DNA from: a virus
Taxonomy: Duplodnaviria > Caudoviricetes
DNA: 29,196 nucleotides
Reading direction: 5' to 3' (one strand)
IMG/VR virus record: IMGVR_UViG_3300009164_000029
Coordinates: 1-29,196 of that record
Of the stretch, positions 17,149 to 25,096 are shown in pieces. Position numbers and translations under genes: made by a program. Below the pieces are notes generated by a model that saw only the letters and a program-made list of their open reading frames with translations, was not told the DNA's origin and did not search any database. Each line of letters opens with the position of its first letter. The first letter of the stretch is position 1.

Positions 17149-17192
17149 TTAACAAAATTGTTTATATTTACAAAAAACAAAAATTAAGAACT

Positions 17193-17756
17193 ATGAAAAA
17201 AGAAGAATTTGAGGATTTGATTCCTAAGCCACAAACACTTTGGTTTAAATTGTGGAAGGCTAAACAAGAAATTGGCAAAGTATCTAAAGGAAAAGACAAT
17301 CCTTTCTTTAAATCAAAATACGCTGATTTAAACGCACTTCTAGAAGCGACTGAACCAATCCTACTAAAATACGATTTGATACTATTACAACCGATTGTGA
17401 ACGGTTATGTATGCACTAGAATAATTGATATCGAAAGCGGAGAATTTGTAGAAAGTAGTTTATTGCTGCCTGTGGTTAATGACCCTCAAAAACAAATCGC
17501 TGGCGTTACCTACTTCCGTAGAGCGACCATACAATCGTTGTTAAGTCTTCAAGCAATTGATGACGATGGAAACGAAATTGCAAAGACAGTTAAAAACACG
17601 AAGCCTGCAATCACGCTTGAACGATTTGAAAAAGCACTAAAAGCAGTTGAAAATGGAGATGCTACAAAAGAAGATGTTTTAAAATTTGATTTAACTCCAG
17701 AACAAATAATTGAATTAAAAAACGTTAGATTAAAAGGTGTCGTATATGAAAAATAA
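17193..17756 (+). CDS. erf: Erf-family single-strand annealing protein
   Basis: 'K...NPFFKSKYADL', 'DPQ......TYFRR', 'DDDGN' motifs. Confidence 0.85.
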   Translation: MKKEEFEDLIPKPQTLWFKLWKAKQEIGKVSKGKDNPFFKSKYADLNALLEATEPILLKYDLILLQPIVNGYVCTRIIDIESGEFVESSLLLPVVNDPQKQIAGVTYFRRATIQSLLSLQAIDDDGNEIAKTVKNTKPAITLERFEKALKAVENGDATKEDVLKFDLTPEQIIELKNVRLKGVVYEK

Positions 17757-18432
17757 AATCTTATTTAGAGCATCGTCTCTAGGAAAGCTGATGACAGAGC
17801 CTCGTACAAAAAGCGAGGTTTTGTCTGAAACTGCAAAAACTTATATTCAAGACTTATTCAAAGAACGTGAATTGGGCATCTACAAGGAGTTTTCAAGCCG
17901 TTATACCGACAAAGGAATAGAAAATGAAGACATTGCTATTAACATGGCGTCAGAGGTCTTAAATTGGGATTTTGTAGTAAAGAACGAAACTAGATTTAAC
18001 AACGATTGGTTAACGGGAGAGCCAGACTTATTAACTGATACTCTTTTAGCTGACATCAAATGTTCTTGGAGTGGTGCAACCTTTCCTTTATTCGATAAAG
18101 AATTGAAAAATAAAGACTATTTTTGGCAGATGCAAGCATACATGATGCTAACAGGACACGAAGAAGCTGAGTTAGTATATTGCTTGACAAATACACCGCA
18201 CCAAATTGTAGAAGACGAAGTAAGACGAGCGCATTGGAAGTTGAATCTAATTGATGAAGATTTAGATGTAAGAGAGGCAGTTCAAGCATTGCATAACTTC
18301 GACCATATTCAGAATGAACTACGAGTAAAACGTTTTATTATTAAACGTGACAATGAAGCAATAGAAAAAGTAAAGCAACGTGTAGAGGTAGCGCGTGAAT
18401 ACTACCTAAGTTTAAAATCAATATTTAATTAA
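17746..18432 (+). CDS. YqaJ/lambda-exonuclease-like recombination nuclease
   Basis: 'RASSLGKLM', 'KGIENED.A', 'GEPD', 'DIKCSW', 'YFWQMQAYM'; next to erf. Confidence 0.85.
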   Translation: MKNKILFRASSLGKLMTEPRTKSEVLSETAKTYIQDLFKERELGIYKEFSSRYTDKGIENEDIAINMASEVLNWDFVVKNETRFNNDWLTGEPDLLTDTLLADIKCSWSGATFPLFDKELKNKDYFWQMQAYMMLTGHEEAELVYCLTNTPHQIVEDEVRRAHWKLNLIDEDLDVREAVQALHNFDHIQNELRVKRFIIKRDNEAIEKVKQRVEVAREYYLSLKSIFN

Positions 18433-18433
18433 A

Positions 18434-18688
18434 ATGGAAGAAAAAAAGACCTTTGTAGGTAACGGAAAAAAGAAGTTTGATAACCTACGCTCAGTATCAA
18501 TATGCTTAACTGATTTAGCACAAGAACACATCTTTGAGTACAACGGAAAAAAGTACATTAAGTTAAACGTACACGACAAGAAGGAAGCTGACCAATACGG
18601 AAAAGATGTGAACGTTTCAATTGATACTTGGAAGCCATCAGCACCATCTGCACCGATTGAGCAAGTAGTTAACGATTTACCTTTCTGA
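18434..18688 (+). CDS. Putative single-stranded DNA-binding protein
   Basis: 84 aa, beta-rich, SSB-type C-terminus 'NDLPF'; follows the recombination genes. Confidence 0.6.
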   Translation: MEEKKTFVGNGKKKFDNLRSVSICLTDLAQEHIFEYNGKKYIKLNVHDKKEADQYGKDVNVSIDTWKPSAPSAPIEQVVNDLPF

Positions 18689-18694
18689 TTTAAC

Positions 18695-18717
18695 GAGGGT
18701 GTAAAAGCCCTCTTTTT
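18695..18717 (+). terminator. Intrinsic terminator
   Basis: GAGGGT-gtaaaa-GCCCTC followed by TTTTT. Confidence 0.7.
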
Positions 18718-18727
18718 ACTTTTGACT

Positions 18728-18922
18728 ATGGAATGTTATAAACTAATTGTATACAAGAACGGAAAGCCTATTTTTTATGTATTTTCAGCAAAAGACGAAG
18801 CAGAAAAACAATTAAAATTAAAGGCTTGGAAGTTGGAAAACATTACACCTTATGATAAAGTAGAACTTTTATTTTTAGGCACGATTGAAGAACACGAACA
18901 ACTGATTAAAAAAAGTAATTAA
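18728..18922 (+). CDS. Hypothetical protein
   Basis: 64 aa from ATG 18728. Confidence 0.55.
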   Translation: MECYKLIVYKNGKPIFYVFSAKDEAEKQLKLKAWKLENITPYDKVELLFLGTIEEHEQLIKKSN

Positions 18923-18938
18923 ACAAACAGAATGAACT

Positions 18939-19367
18939 ATGGCACAAAACAAAAAGTCTTTTGTCCTGTATGCTGACCTTATAAAAAGCATTGAACATCT
19001 GACAAATGAAGAGAAAGGTATTTTGTTTAATCACTTGCTGGAATACGTCAACGACATGAATCCAATTCTTACAGATAGACTTGTTCTAACTGCATGGAAA
19101 CCAATCGAAATACAACTCAAAAGGGACTTAATAAAGTTTGAGGAAGTGAAGCATAGCAGAAGCATTTCGGGTAAGGCTGGAGCAGAGAAAAGATGGCAAA
19201 AAATGGCAAACGATAGCAAAGGCATACAAGCTATAGCAAAAATAGCTGATAATGATAATGATAATGTAAATGTAATAAATAGCAAAGCGGATGTAATCAG
19301 CACCGACCAATGGGGTAATCAAATTGATATTAACGGCTTTCACATAAAAACAAAAAATAAAAGATGA
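18939..19367 (+). CDS. Putative replication initiator (DUF6291-like N-terminus)
   Basis: 'KKSFVLY.D.....HLTNEEKG.LF..LLEY', '...SGKAGAEKRW', 'DNDNDNVNV' pattern of phage replisome organisers; upstream of the helicase; contains iteron-like repeats. Confidence 0.65.
   Translation: MAQNKKSFVLYADLIKSIEHLTNEEKGILFNHLLEYVNDMNPILTDRLVLTAWKPIEIQLKRDLIKFEEVKHSRSISGKAGAEKRWQKMANDSKGIQAIAKIADNDNDNVNVINSKADVISTDQWGNQIDINGFHIKTKNKR
19153..19286 (+). repeat. Iteron-like ATRGCAAA repeats plus AT-rich (GATAAT)3; candidate replication origin
   Basis: ATRGCAAA at 19193, 19203, 19213, 19233 (10-bp phase), 7/8 match at 19153, another copy at 19279; GATAAT x3 at 19248-19265. Confidence 0.65.
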
Positions 19368-19975
19368 TGACAATAACAAACGAGGATAACATGGAACTCA
19401 TGAAGCGTTATCCTGATAAATATTTTGATTTAGCTATAGTCGACCCTCCCTATGGCATTGGTGCTGGAAAAATGACAATGGGAAGCGGAAAGCATAAATT
19501 TAAACAAGGTAAAGATTGGGATTTTGCAATTCCGAATGATGAATATTTTAAAGAATTATTTAGAGTTTCTAAAAATCAAATCATTTGGGGTGGAAATTAC
19601 TTTACACTTCCATTAAATAATAATTGGGTTATTTGGGATAAGTTAAATCCTAACCTTAGTTTTAGCGAAGCAGAGTTAGCTTGGTCATCTATTAACAAAA
19701 ATGTTCGTATATTCAAAAGATACTCTGCAATGGAAGACGATGATGGAAAGAAGCAACACCCAACTCAAAAACCAATTCAGCTATATAAATACTGCTTAGA
19801 AAAATACGCAAAAGAAGGAGATAAAATACTTGACACACATTTAGGTTCAGGGAGTATTGCGATTGCTTGCCATGATTATGGATTTGATTTGACTGCTTGC
19901 GAGTTGGATAAAGAGTACTTTGACAAAGCAATGGAAAGAATAAATAATCACACATCGCAACAAAAATTATTTTAA
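19364..19975 (+). CDS. DNA methyltransferase, N6-adenine/N4-cytosine, beta class
   Basis: Motif IV 'DPPY' precedes 'HPTQKP' and motif I 'ILDTHLGSGS'. Confidence 0.92.
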   Translation: MMTITNEDNMELMKRYPDKYFDLAIVDPPYGIGAGKMTMGSGKHKFKQGKDWDFAIPNDEYFKELFRVSKNQIIWGGNYFTLPLNNNWVIWDKLNPNLSFSEAELAWSSINKNVRIFKRYSAMEDDDGKKQHPTQKPIQLYKYCLEKYAKEGDKILDTHLGSGSIAIACHDYGFDLTACELDKEYFDKAMERINNHTSQQKLF

Positions 19976-19976
19976 T

Positions 19977-20870
19977 ATGATAGTTAACCACAGAAGTAGT
20001 GACGAGTTTCTTGAGTTATCTCGCCAGGATAAAATACCTCTTGGATTAGGACTAGGAATTGACTTAGATATTAACCTAAGATTCAAGCGAGCATCGTTTA
20101 ACATTGTTTTAGGTCACGCAAATGTTGGTAAAACTTATTGGGTCTTGTGGTATCTTTTAGCGTTAGCACACAAGCACAATCTTAAACATCTTATCTACTC
20201 AGCTGAGAACTCTGTAAATGGATTAAAAAGAAATCTTATCGAATTGTACGCTGGGTGCAAAATAAAAGACATGAAGCCTAAGCAGTTGGATAATTGCAAA
20301 GTTTTTATAGAGGCTCATTTTGATTTTATTGATGCTCAAAAGGCATGGACAATTGAGGATTTTATGAAAGAGGTTCAGGTACTTGGTAGTTATGACACGT
20401 TGATGATAGACCCACACAACTCATTTTTAAAGCCTAAATTTGCAAATGCTCACGAACTTGACTATGAGATGGCAACGAAGCTAAGATTATTTGCCAAAAA
20501 GACGAACACATCCATTTATATGTGTACACACGCAGCAACAGAAGCACTACGTAAGACTCATAAAGATGGAGAGTTTAACGGTATGCCACAAGCACCGAAC
20601 ATGGCAGATGCTGAGGGCGGTGGTAAATGGGGAAATAGAGCAGATGATTTCATTGTCATTCATCGTTACCCAATGCACTCAACGATGTGGATGTACACAG
20701 AGGTTCACATGAAGAAAGTAAAGGAGACAGAAACAGGAGGAAAGCCAACAATCTTGACAGAACCAATTTTATTTAAGTTGGAAAATGGAACGGGATTTAG
20801 TTGTGCTGGTAAGAATCCATTGAAAGACGAAATACAAGCAATTAAAAATTTTGATAATTTACCTTTTTGA
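19977..20870 (+). CDS. DnaB/RecA-like (SF4) replicative helicase domain
   Basis: Walker A 'GHANVGKT', 'YSAEN', Walker B 'LMIDP', 'NRADDFIVIHR', 'KVK'; C-terminal 'DNLPF'. Confidence 0.8.
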   Translation: MIVNHRSSDEFLELSRQDKIPLGLGLGIDLDINLRFKRASFNIVLGHANVGKTYWVLWYLLALAHKHNLKHLIYSAENSVNGLKRNLIELYAGCKIKDMKPKQLDNCKVFIEAHFDFIDAQKAWTIEDFMKEVQVLGSYDTLMIDPHNSFLKPKFANAHELDYEMATKLRLFAKKTNTSIYMCTHAATEALRKTHKDGEFNGMPQAPNMADAEGGGKWGNRADDFIVIHRYPMHSTMWMYTEVHMKKVKETETGGKPTILTEPILFKLENGTGFSCAGKNPLKDEIQAIKNFDNLPF

Positions 20871-20871
20871 T

Positions 20872-21225
20872 ATGGAATTTAACTCAGATTTTAGATATGA
20901 TTTACAAGTTGGTCAAGTATACGAGAAACAGTTTAGTGATTTATTAGGTAGTAAGATTGAAATCAAGCGAGATTTTAAATGCTTGGAAACGGGTAACATC
21001 TATGTCGAATATGAATCAAGAGGTAAACGAAGTGGAATATCAACGAGCGAGGCAGAGTATTGGTGCTATTGGTTAAGTGATAAGCATTGCATATTTATAC
21101 AAACTGAAACGCTAAAAGAACTTTGTAGAAAGTACATAAACACGAATAGAGATAAATTAGGAGGGGATTCAAACACGAGCAAAGGAATTTTACTACCTTT
21201 AACCGACTTTATAAACAAACTATGA
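20872..21225 (+). CDS. Putative PD-(D/E)XK-fold nuclease
   Basis: 'G...E', 'IEIKRD', 'TGNIYVEYESRGK.SGI.TSEA.YW'; ATG 20872. Confidence 0.55.
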   Translation: MEFNSDFRYDLQVGQVYEKQFSDLLGSKIEIKRDFKCLETGNIYVEYESRGKRSGISTSEAEYWCYWLSDKHCIFIQTETLKELCRKYINTNRDKLGGDSNTSKGILLPLTDFINKL

Positions 21226-21500
21226 AACATAAAAGCAGTGCATTAAGTCTAACACTAGCACGAATAAACATCGGATTGGTAATTAACAAACTTATCTTAC
21301 GTCAAAAACACGCTTCTACAAGCGATTTACAACGTGAAGGTATACAAACTATGCTTGAAGACCTAGAAAGTGCGTTAGAAGTGCTAAAAAGCGTGTCTAA
21401 AGAGAACGAGGAGATGTATAGATTAAACTATTCTTTGCATATTGAGAACATGAAGTTAAAAAAAGAGTTATATGAAGCAACAAAGACAGAAGAAATGTAA
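21222..21500 (+). CDS. Hypothetical coiled-coil protein
   Basis: 92 aa with ATGA coupling. Confidence 0.65.
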   Translation: MKHKSSALSLTLARINIGLVINKLILRQKHASTSDLQREGIQTMLEDLESALEVLKSVSKENEEMYRLNYSLHIENMKLKKELYEATKTEEM

Positions 21501-22011
21501 GAATTGTAAAAAACCATTTACTCCTATTCGTTCAACGCTTGAAAAGTACTGTAAAGAATCAGAATGTGTTCGTGTTTGGGTAGCGATTGAAAAAGAAAAG
21601 GCTTGGAAAAAGACGAAAGCAGTTAAAAAAGCTGAGTTGATGACCGTACAAGACTACATTAAAATAGCACAAGTAACTTTTAATAAATACATTCGATTAC
21701 GAGATACTAATCAAGTTTGTATTAGTTGCCAAAAGCAAGCAAAAAAAGAGAACGCTGGGCATTTTTTCAACGCTAACAATCATTGGAATGTACGTTTTGA
21801 TGAAGACAATGTGCATCTACAATGCGAGCATTGCAATACTTTCTTGAGTGGTAATTTAATTGAGTATCAAGGTAATCTAATTAACAAGCTAGGACAAGAA
21901 AAATACGATGCACTTGTAGAGCGAGCGAGAAAAACACGTAAATTTACAATTGAGGAACTAAAAAAAATAATTGAAACCTATAAACAAAAGATAAAACAAT
22001 GGGAAAAATAA
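21472..22011 (+). CDS. ninG: NinG/Rap-like recombination endonuclease
   Basis: CKNC..., 'AQVTFNKYIRLRD', 'CISC', 'AGHF', 'RFDEDNVHLQCEHCN...SGN'. Confidence 0.9.
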   Translation: MKQQRQKKCKNCKKPFTPIRSTLEKYCKESECVRVWVAIEKEKAWKKTKAVKKAELMTVQDYIKIAQVTFNKYIRLRDTNQVCISCQKQAKKENAGHFFNANNHWNVRFDEDNVHLQCEHCNTFLSGNLIEYQGNLINKLGQEKYDALVERARKTRKFTIEELKKIIETYKQKIKQWEK

Positions 22012-22232
22012 TATTAGAGTTTGATAGCATTGAAGAAAAAGACGAAGCTAGATTTGCAATTGAAGGTGCGAATTGGTATACAGTCGTTTGGGACTTTGAC
22101 CAATATTTAAGAGCAATCACAAAATACGGAGTATTTGAAAATAAAGCAACAACTGATAAAGAAATAAATATGGCTGAAAAAATACGTGAAAAGTTAAGAG
22201 AAATAGTAAATGATTATGATTTGACTGTATGA
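21999..22232 (+). CDS. Hypothetical protein
   Basis: 77 aa, overlapping neighbours in the operon. Confidence 0.7.
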   Translation: MGKIILEFDSIEEKDEARFAIEGANWYTVVWDFDQYLRAITKYGVFENKATTDKEINMAEKIREKLREIVNDYDLTV

Positions 22233-22432
22233 AACAAAAAACATCAATTACTTTCTTGATTGAAACATTAGCCAGTCAAGGCATATTATTTTCCTCTGAT
22301 ATCAGAAAAGCAAAAGAGATGCATAACGAGGAAGTTAAAATGGCATACGTTGAAGGAATCACAAAGCCAATGAGTTGCAATAGAACAAAAGCAGCGGAAA
22401 AGTATTATATCGATAAATTTAAACTAGAATAA
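22229..22432 (+). CDS. Hypothetical protein, paralogue of 22434-22628
   Basis: Shared pattern MKQ-T....L.E...AK.M..E.....G.....A..YY...FK.E. Confidence 0.7.
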   Translation: MKQKTSITFLIETLASQGILFSSDIRKAKEMHNEEVKMAYVEGITKPMSCNRTKAAEKYYIDKFKLE

Positions 22433-22433
22433 T

Positions 22434-22628
22434 ATGAAACAAACAGCAGTAGAATGGTTAGAGGACAATATACAATCAGATATGGATTATTTACAAATTT
22501 TATATTTAATTGAACAAGCTAAAAAAATGGAGAAAGAGCAGATAATGAAATCCTTTGCAAATGGTAAAATAAATGGTAATAAAAATTGGGCTAATAGATA
22601 TTACAATCAAACATTTAAATCAGAATAA
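22434..22628 (+). CDS. Hypothetical protein (MKQTAVEWL type)
   Basis: 64 aa; similar to the preceding ORF. Confidence 0.7.
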   Translation: MKQTAVEWLEDNIQSDMDYLQILYLIEQAKKMEKEQIMKSFANGKINGNKNWANRYYNQTFKSE

Positions 22629-22629
22629 C

Positions 22630-22839
22630 ATGAAGAAAGAAATTTTAATTTTTTCAGAACTAATAAAGTTAATTGAAAAATGGCAAAAAGAACAATGGGC
22701 CTATGAAGAAATGGTAGAGATATATGAAAATAGAGAAAATTTTGAAACTGCAAGAAAATATGTATACAAAGCACAAGCTACAAGAGATTGTTGGAAAGAA
22801 TTACATAACTTGATAAATGCTCAAAACACTAATAAATGA
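22630..22839 (+). CDS. Hypothetical protein
   Basis: 69 aa from ATG 22630, 1 nt after the previous stop. Confidence 0.65.
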   Translation: MKKEILIFSELIKLIEKWQKEQWAYEEMVEIYENRENFETARKYVYKAQATRDCWKELHNLINAQNTNK

Positions 22840-22964
22840 AAGCAACACTAGAACGAAGAGCAAAGAAGTTGATTAAGCAGGCTTGGATGGAACGCAATAA
22901 CACCAATAAACACAATTGCAGCTTATGGAAAATATACCAAAAAAACAATGAAGAGGGAGGTTAA
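22836..22964 (+). CDS. Small basic hypothetical protein (42 aa)
   Basis: ATGA overlap; MKATLERRAKKLIKQAW...EEGG*. Confidence 0.5.
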   Translation: MKATLERRAKKLIKQAWMERNNTNKHNCSLWKIYQKNNEEGG

Positions 22965-22966
22965 AA

Positions 22967-22997
22967 TTTGGTTGATTAGAATTTAATTGTATATTTG
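22967..22997 (+). promoter_or_regulatory. Bacteroidota housekeeping-type promoter for the sigma/terminase block
   Basis: TTTG (22967-22970)-N19-TATATTTG (22990-22997), a full match to the -33/-7 consensus. Confidence 0.75.
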
Positions 22998-23011
22998 ACT
23001 AAAATTTAATC

Positions 23012-23260
23012 ATGGAATTACTCTTACTCGTATCTTTTGCTTGGTGGTTTACTAACTTTGAACCACTTCAAAACGCTTTAGATTACATATTTGCACGATT
23101 GCATTTTAACTATGTCACAAACGCATTACATAGTTATTTAGGTTGCATTAAATGCGTTGCATTTTGGTCTTCATTACTTGTTAGTGGAGACTTTTTTCTT
23201 TCATGCCTTGTTTCTTTAACCGCTTACATTTTACAACTATGTTTGGACAAGATGAACTGA
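23012..23260 (+). CDS. Small membrane protein with CxxC
   Basis: 82 aa, hydrophobic, 'LGCIKCVAFW'. Confidence 0.65.
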   Translation: MELLLLVSFAWWFTNFEPLQNALDYIFARLHFNYVTNALHSYLGCIKCVAFWSSLLVSGDFFLSCLVSLTAYILQLCLDKMN

Positions 23261-23442
23261 TATTTATCGAAAGTTTGCGAGATGCGGATGAGGTGACACG
23301 TACGGCAAAGGTGACATTGAATAGGCTCAAGGCTATAAAAACACGAATCACAAACGAAGTAGACAAAGAATGCTTCTGTTCAAGTGTTAGAAGAAAGATT
23401 TGGTACAAGAACTTTATTGAATGGTATGAAAGCACTACTTGA
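23239..23442 (+). CDS. Hypothetical protein with CxC
   Basis: 67 aa from ATG 23239; 'KECFCSSVRRK'. Confidence 0.6.
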   Translation: MFGQDELIFIESLRDADEVTRTAKVTLNRLKAIKTRITNEVDKECFCSSVRRKIWYKNFIEWYESTT

Positions 23443-23959
23443 CAACTACATCCAACGAAACTACAAAGAGGTAAACAGGTACACTAACTACTTCTTACAT
23501 CGTTTAAAGTCAAAGCTAAATGCTGACACAGTTATAAACAATGCCTATCTAAGAACACTTCAATACAAAGGAGTAATAATCGAGGAGTATGAAGCAAAAG
23601 CATTATTATTTGAATCAATAAAAGCGGAGGTACTTTGGAATAGTGAGAGCAAGAAAGAATTGATTAACTCAGTTGAAAGTGATTATATTCCAGAAGTGGA
23701 AGATACCGACCTAGCAGAAAAGATTTTACTTGAACTAAAATACAACGAGCAAAAGAACATAATAGAATTATATCGCAGTCAAATCAACGATAGAGTAAAA
23801 CTATATTTCTTCCAAGCGTACTACGATAAAGGCATCTGCACAACAAGACGAATAGCTGAACACTTCAACATCAGCACCGCGTCTGCTCATTTGTTGATAG
23901 TAGAAATGAAAGAGGAAATAAGAAACTACGAAAACACGAATAAAATAAATACAATATAA
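23426..23959 (+). CDS. Putative ECF-like RNA polymerase sigma factor
   Basis: 177 aa. Region-2-like 'Y.EV.RY...FL......ADTVINNAYL', acidic linker, region-4-like HTH 'FQAYY.KG..TTRRIAEHFNISTASAHLLI..MKEEI'. Confidence 0.65.
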   Translation: MKALLDNYIQRNYKEVNRYTNYFLHRLKSKLNADTVINNAYLRTLQYKGVIIEEYEAKALLFESIKAEVLWNSESKKELINSVESDYIPEVEDTDLAEKILLELKYNEQKNIIELYRSQINDRVKLYFFQAYYDKGICTTRRIAEHFNISTASAHLLIVEMKEEIRNYENTNKINTI

Positions 23960-23961
23960 TT

Positions 23962-24138
23962 ATGAGCAAATACATTTTAACATTAGCGTACATACTGTTT
24001 TTAGGATATGCAATGGGACTAATATACGACTACTTACACACTAACAAGATTCTCGGTGTAGGAATAATTCTCTACTTAACAGGAAGTGTAGTGCAACAAT
24101 TAGAAATAAACCAAGAATATGACGAATATGAAGATTAA
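23962..24138 (+). CDS. Small 2-TM membrane protein (58 aa, below the ORF-track cutoff)
   Basis: MSKYILTLAYILFLGYAMGLIY...ILGVGIILYLTGSVV...EYDEYED*; fills the gap after the sigma-like gene. Confidence 0.65.
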   Translation: MSKYILTLAYILFLGYAMGLIYDYLHTNKILGVGIILYLTGSVVQQLEINQEYDEYED

Positions 24139-24364
24139 AGAACAATGGAAAGGAAAGACTTTAATTAGTTATGACCCAATACTCGGAGAGCGCAGAATCG
24201 AAGTAGATAAAATTCAAGCAAAGGATATCGCACGTCTCAAAAAGATGGGTTACTCTTACATCTTTGAAGAGGTAGAAATCAAACCAATCGCATTTGAAGG
24301 AATAGAGCAAGAAGCACCAATCAAGAAACCTAGAAAAAAACGAACTATAAATGCCAAAGATTAG
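24128..24364 (+). CDS. Hypothetical protein
   Basis: 78 aa (alternative start 24119), basic C-terminus. Confidence 0.65.
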   Translation: MKIKEQWKGKTLISYDPILGERRIEVDKIQAKDIARLKKMGYSYIFEEVEIKPIAFEGIEQEAPIKKPRKKRTINAKD

Positions 24365-24641
24365 CTTTGATTACGATGGAGTATTAAGCACTTCAAAAGG
24401 AACTGAACTAGCAAAAAGTCTAGTTGATTCTAAAGACTTATACATTATATCTGCAAGAAGTTCTAAAGATGGAATGGTATCTAAAGCTGAAGAGATAGGC
24501 ATACCTTTAAGCAAAGTGTATGCAATGGGTTCAAACAATGACAAGATTCGAAAGATAAAAGAACTAGGAATAAGTGAACACTACGATAACAATCCAAAGG
24601 TAATTGAAAATCTAGGAAAAGTGGGTAGATTGTTTAAATGA
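24351..24641 (+). CDS. Minimal HAD-superfamily-like protein
   Basis: Motif I 'SFDYDGVL', motif II 'IISAR', Lys in 'DKI', motif IV-like 'HYDNN'; 96 aa. Confidence 0.65.
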   Translation: MPKISFDYDGVLSTSKGTELAKSLVDSKDLYIISARSSKDGMVSKAEEIGIPLSKVYAMGSNNDKIRKIKELGISEHYDNNPKVIENLGKVGRLFK

Positions 24642-25096
24642 CAAAAAGACGAACTATGGGAAAAAATAAATACATAGAGACACCCGAGAAACTATGGGAA
24701 CTATTCGAAGCATACAAGAAGACAATAGCAAATAACCCAATCTTAATACAAGACTATGTAGGCAAAGATGGTCAAATGGTATACAGAGAGAGACAACGAC
24801 CTTTGACGATGGAAGGCTTTGAGAATTACTGCGAGGAGAATATTTGTTTTGTACATCAGTATTTCGTTAATCAAGATAATGCATATAACGATTATCTGAA
24901 CATCTGCTCACGCATTAAGAGAGTAATTCGACAAGACCAAATAGAAGGTGGAATGGCGTCAATTTACAATCCAAGCATCACACAACGATTAAACAACCTA
25001 ACCGAAAAAACGGATGTAACAACAAACGGTAAGGAGATAAACAAAATCGAAATAGAAATAGTACGAAGTGAAAATAAGAGCGACTCAAGTATTTGA
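24638..25096 (+). CDS. terS: Terminase small subunit (P22 gp3-like)
   Basis: 'ETPEKLWELFEAY', 'RPLTMEGF', 'YNPSITQRL..L.EK'; overlaps terL. The start could be 24656. Confidence 0.8.
   Translation: MTKRRTMGKNKYIETPEKLWELFEAYKKTIANNPILIQDYVGKDGQMVYRERQRPLTMEGFENYCEENICFVHQYFVNQDNAYNDYLNICSRIKRVIRQDQIEGGMASIYNPSITQRLNNLTEKTDVTTNGKEINKIEIEIVRSENKSDSSI

Noticed and set aside
19364-21225. Methyltransferase plus PD-(D/E)XK protein as a restriction-modification system
   Set aside because: The genes are separated by the helicase, the nuclease-like ORF is only 117 aa, and both types are common as orphans in phage replication regions.
144-23435. Short minus-strand and alternative-frame ORFs in the track (e.g. 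645-902, 2216-2488, 5480-5746, 15443-15631, 19031-19303, 20491-20712, 23181-23435)
   Set aside because: All lie within longer, motif-bearing + strand genes and have shadow-frame composition.
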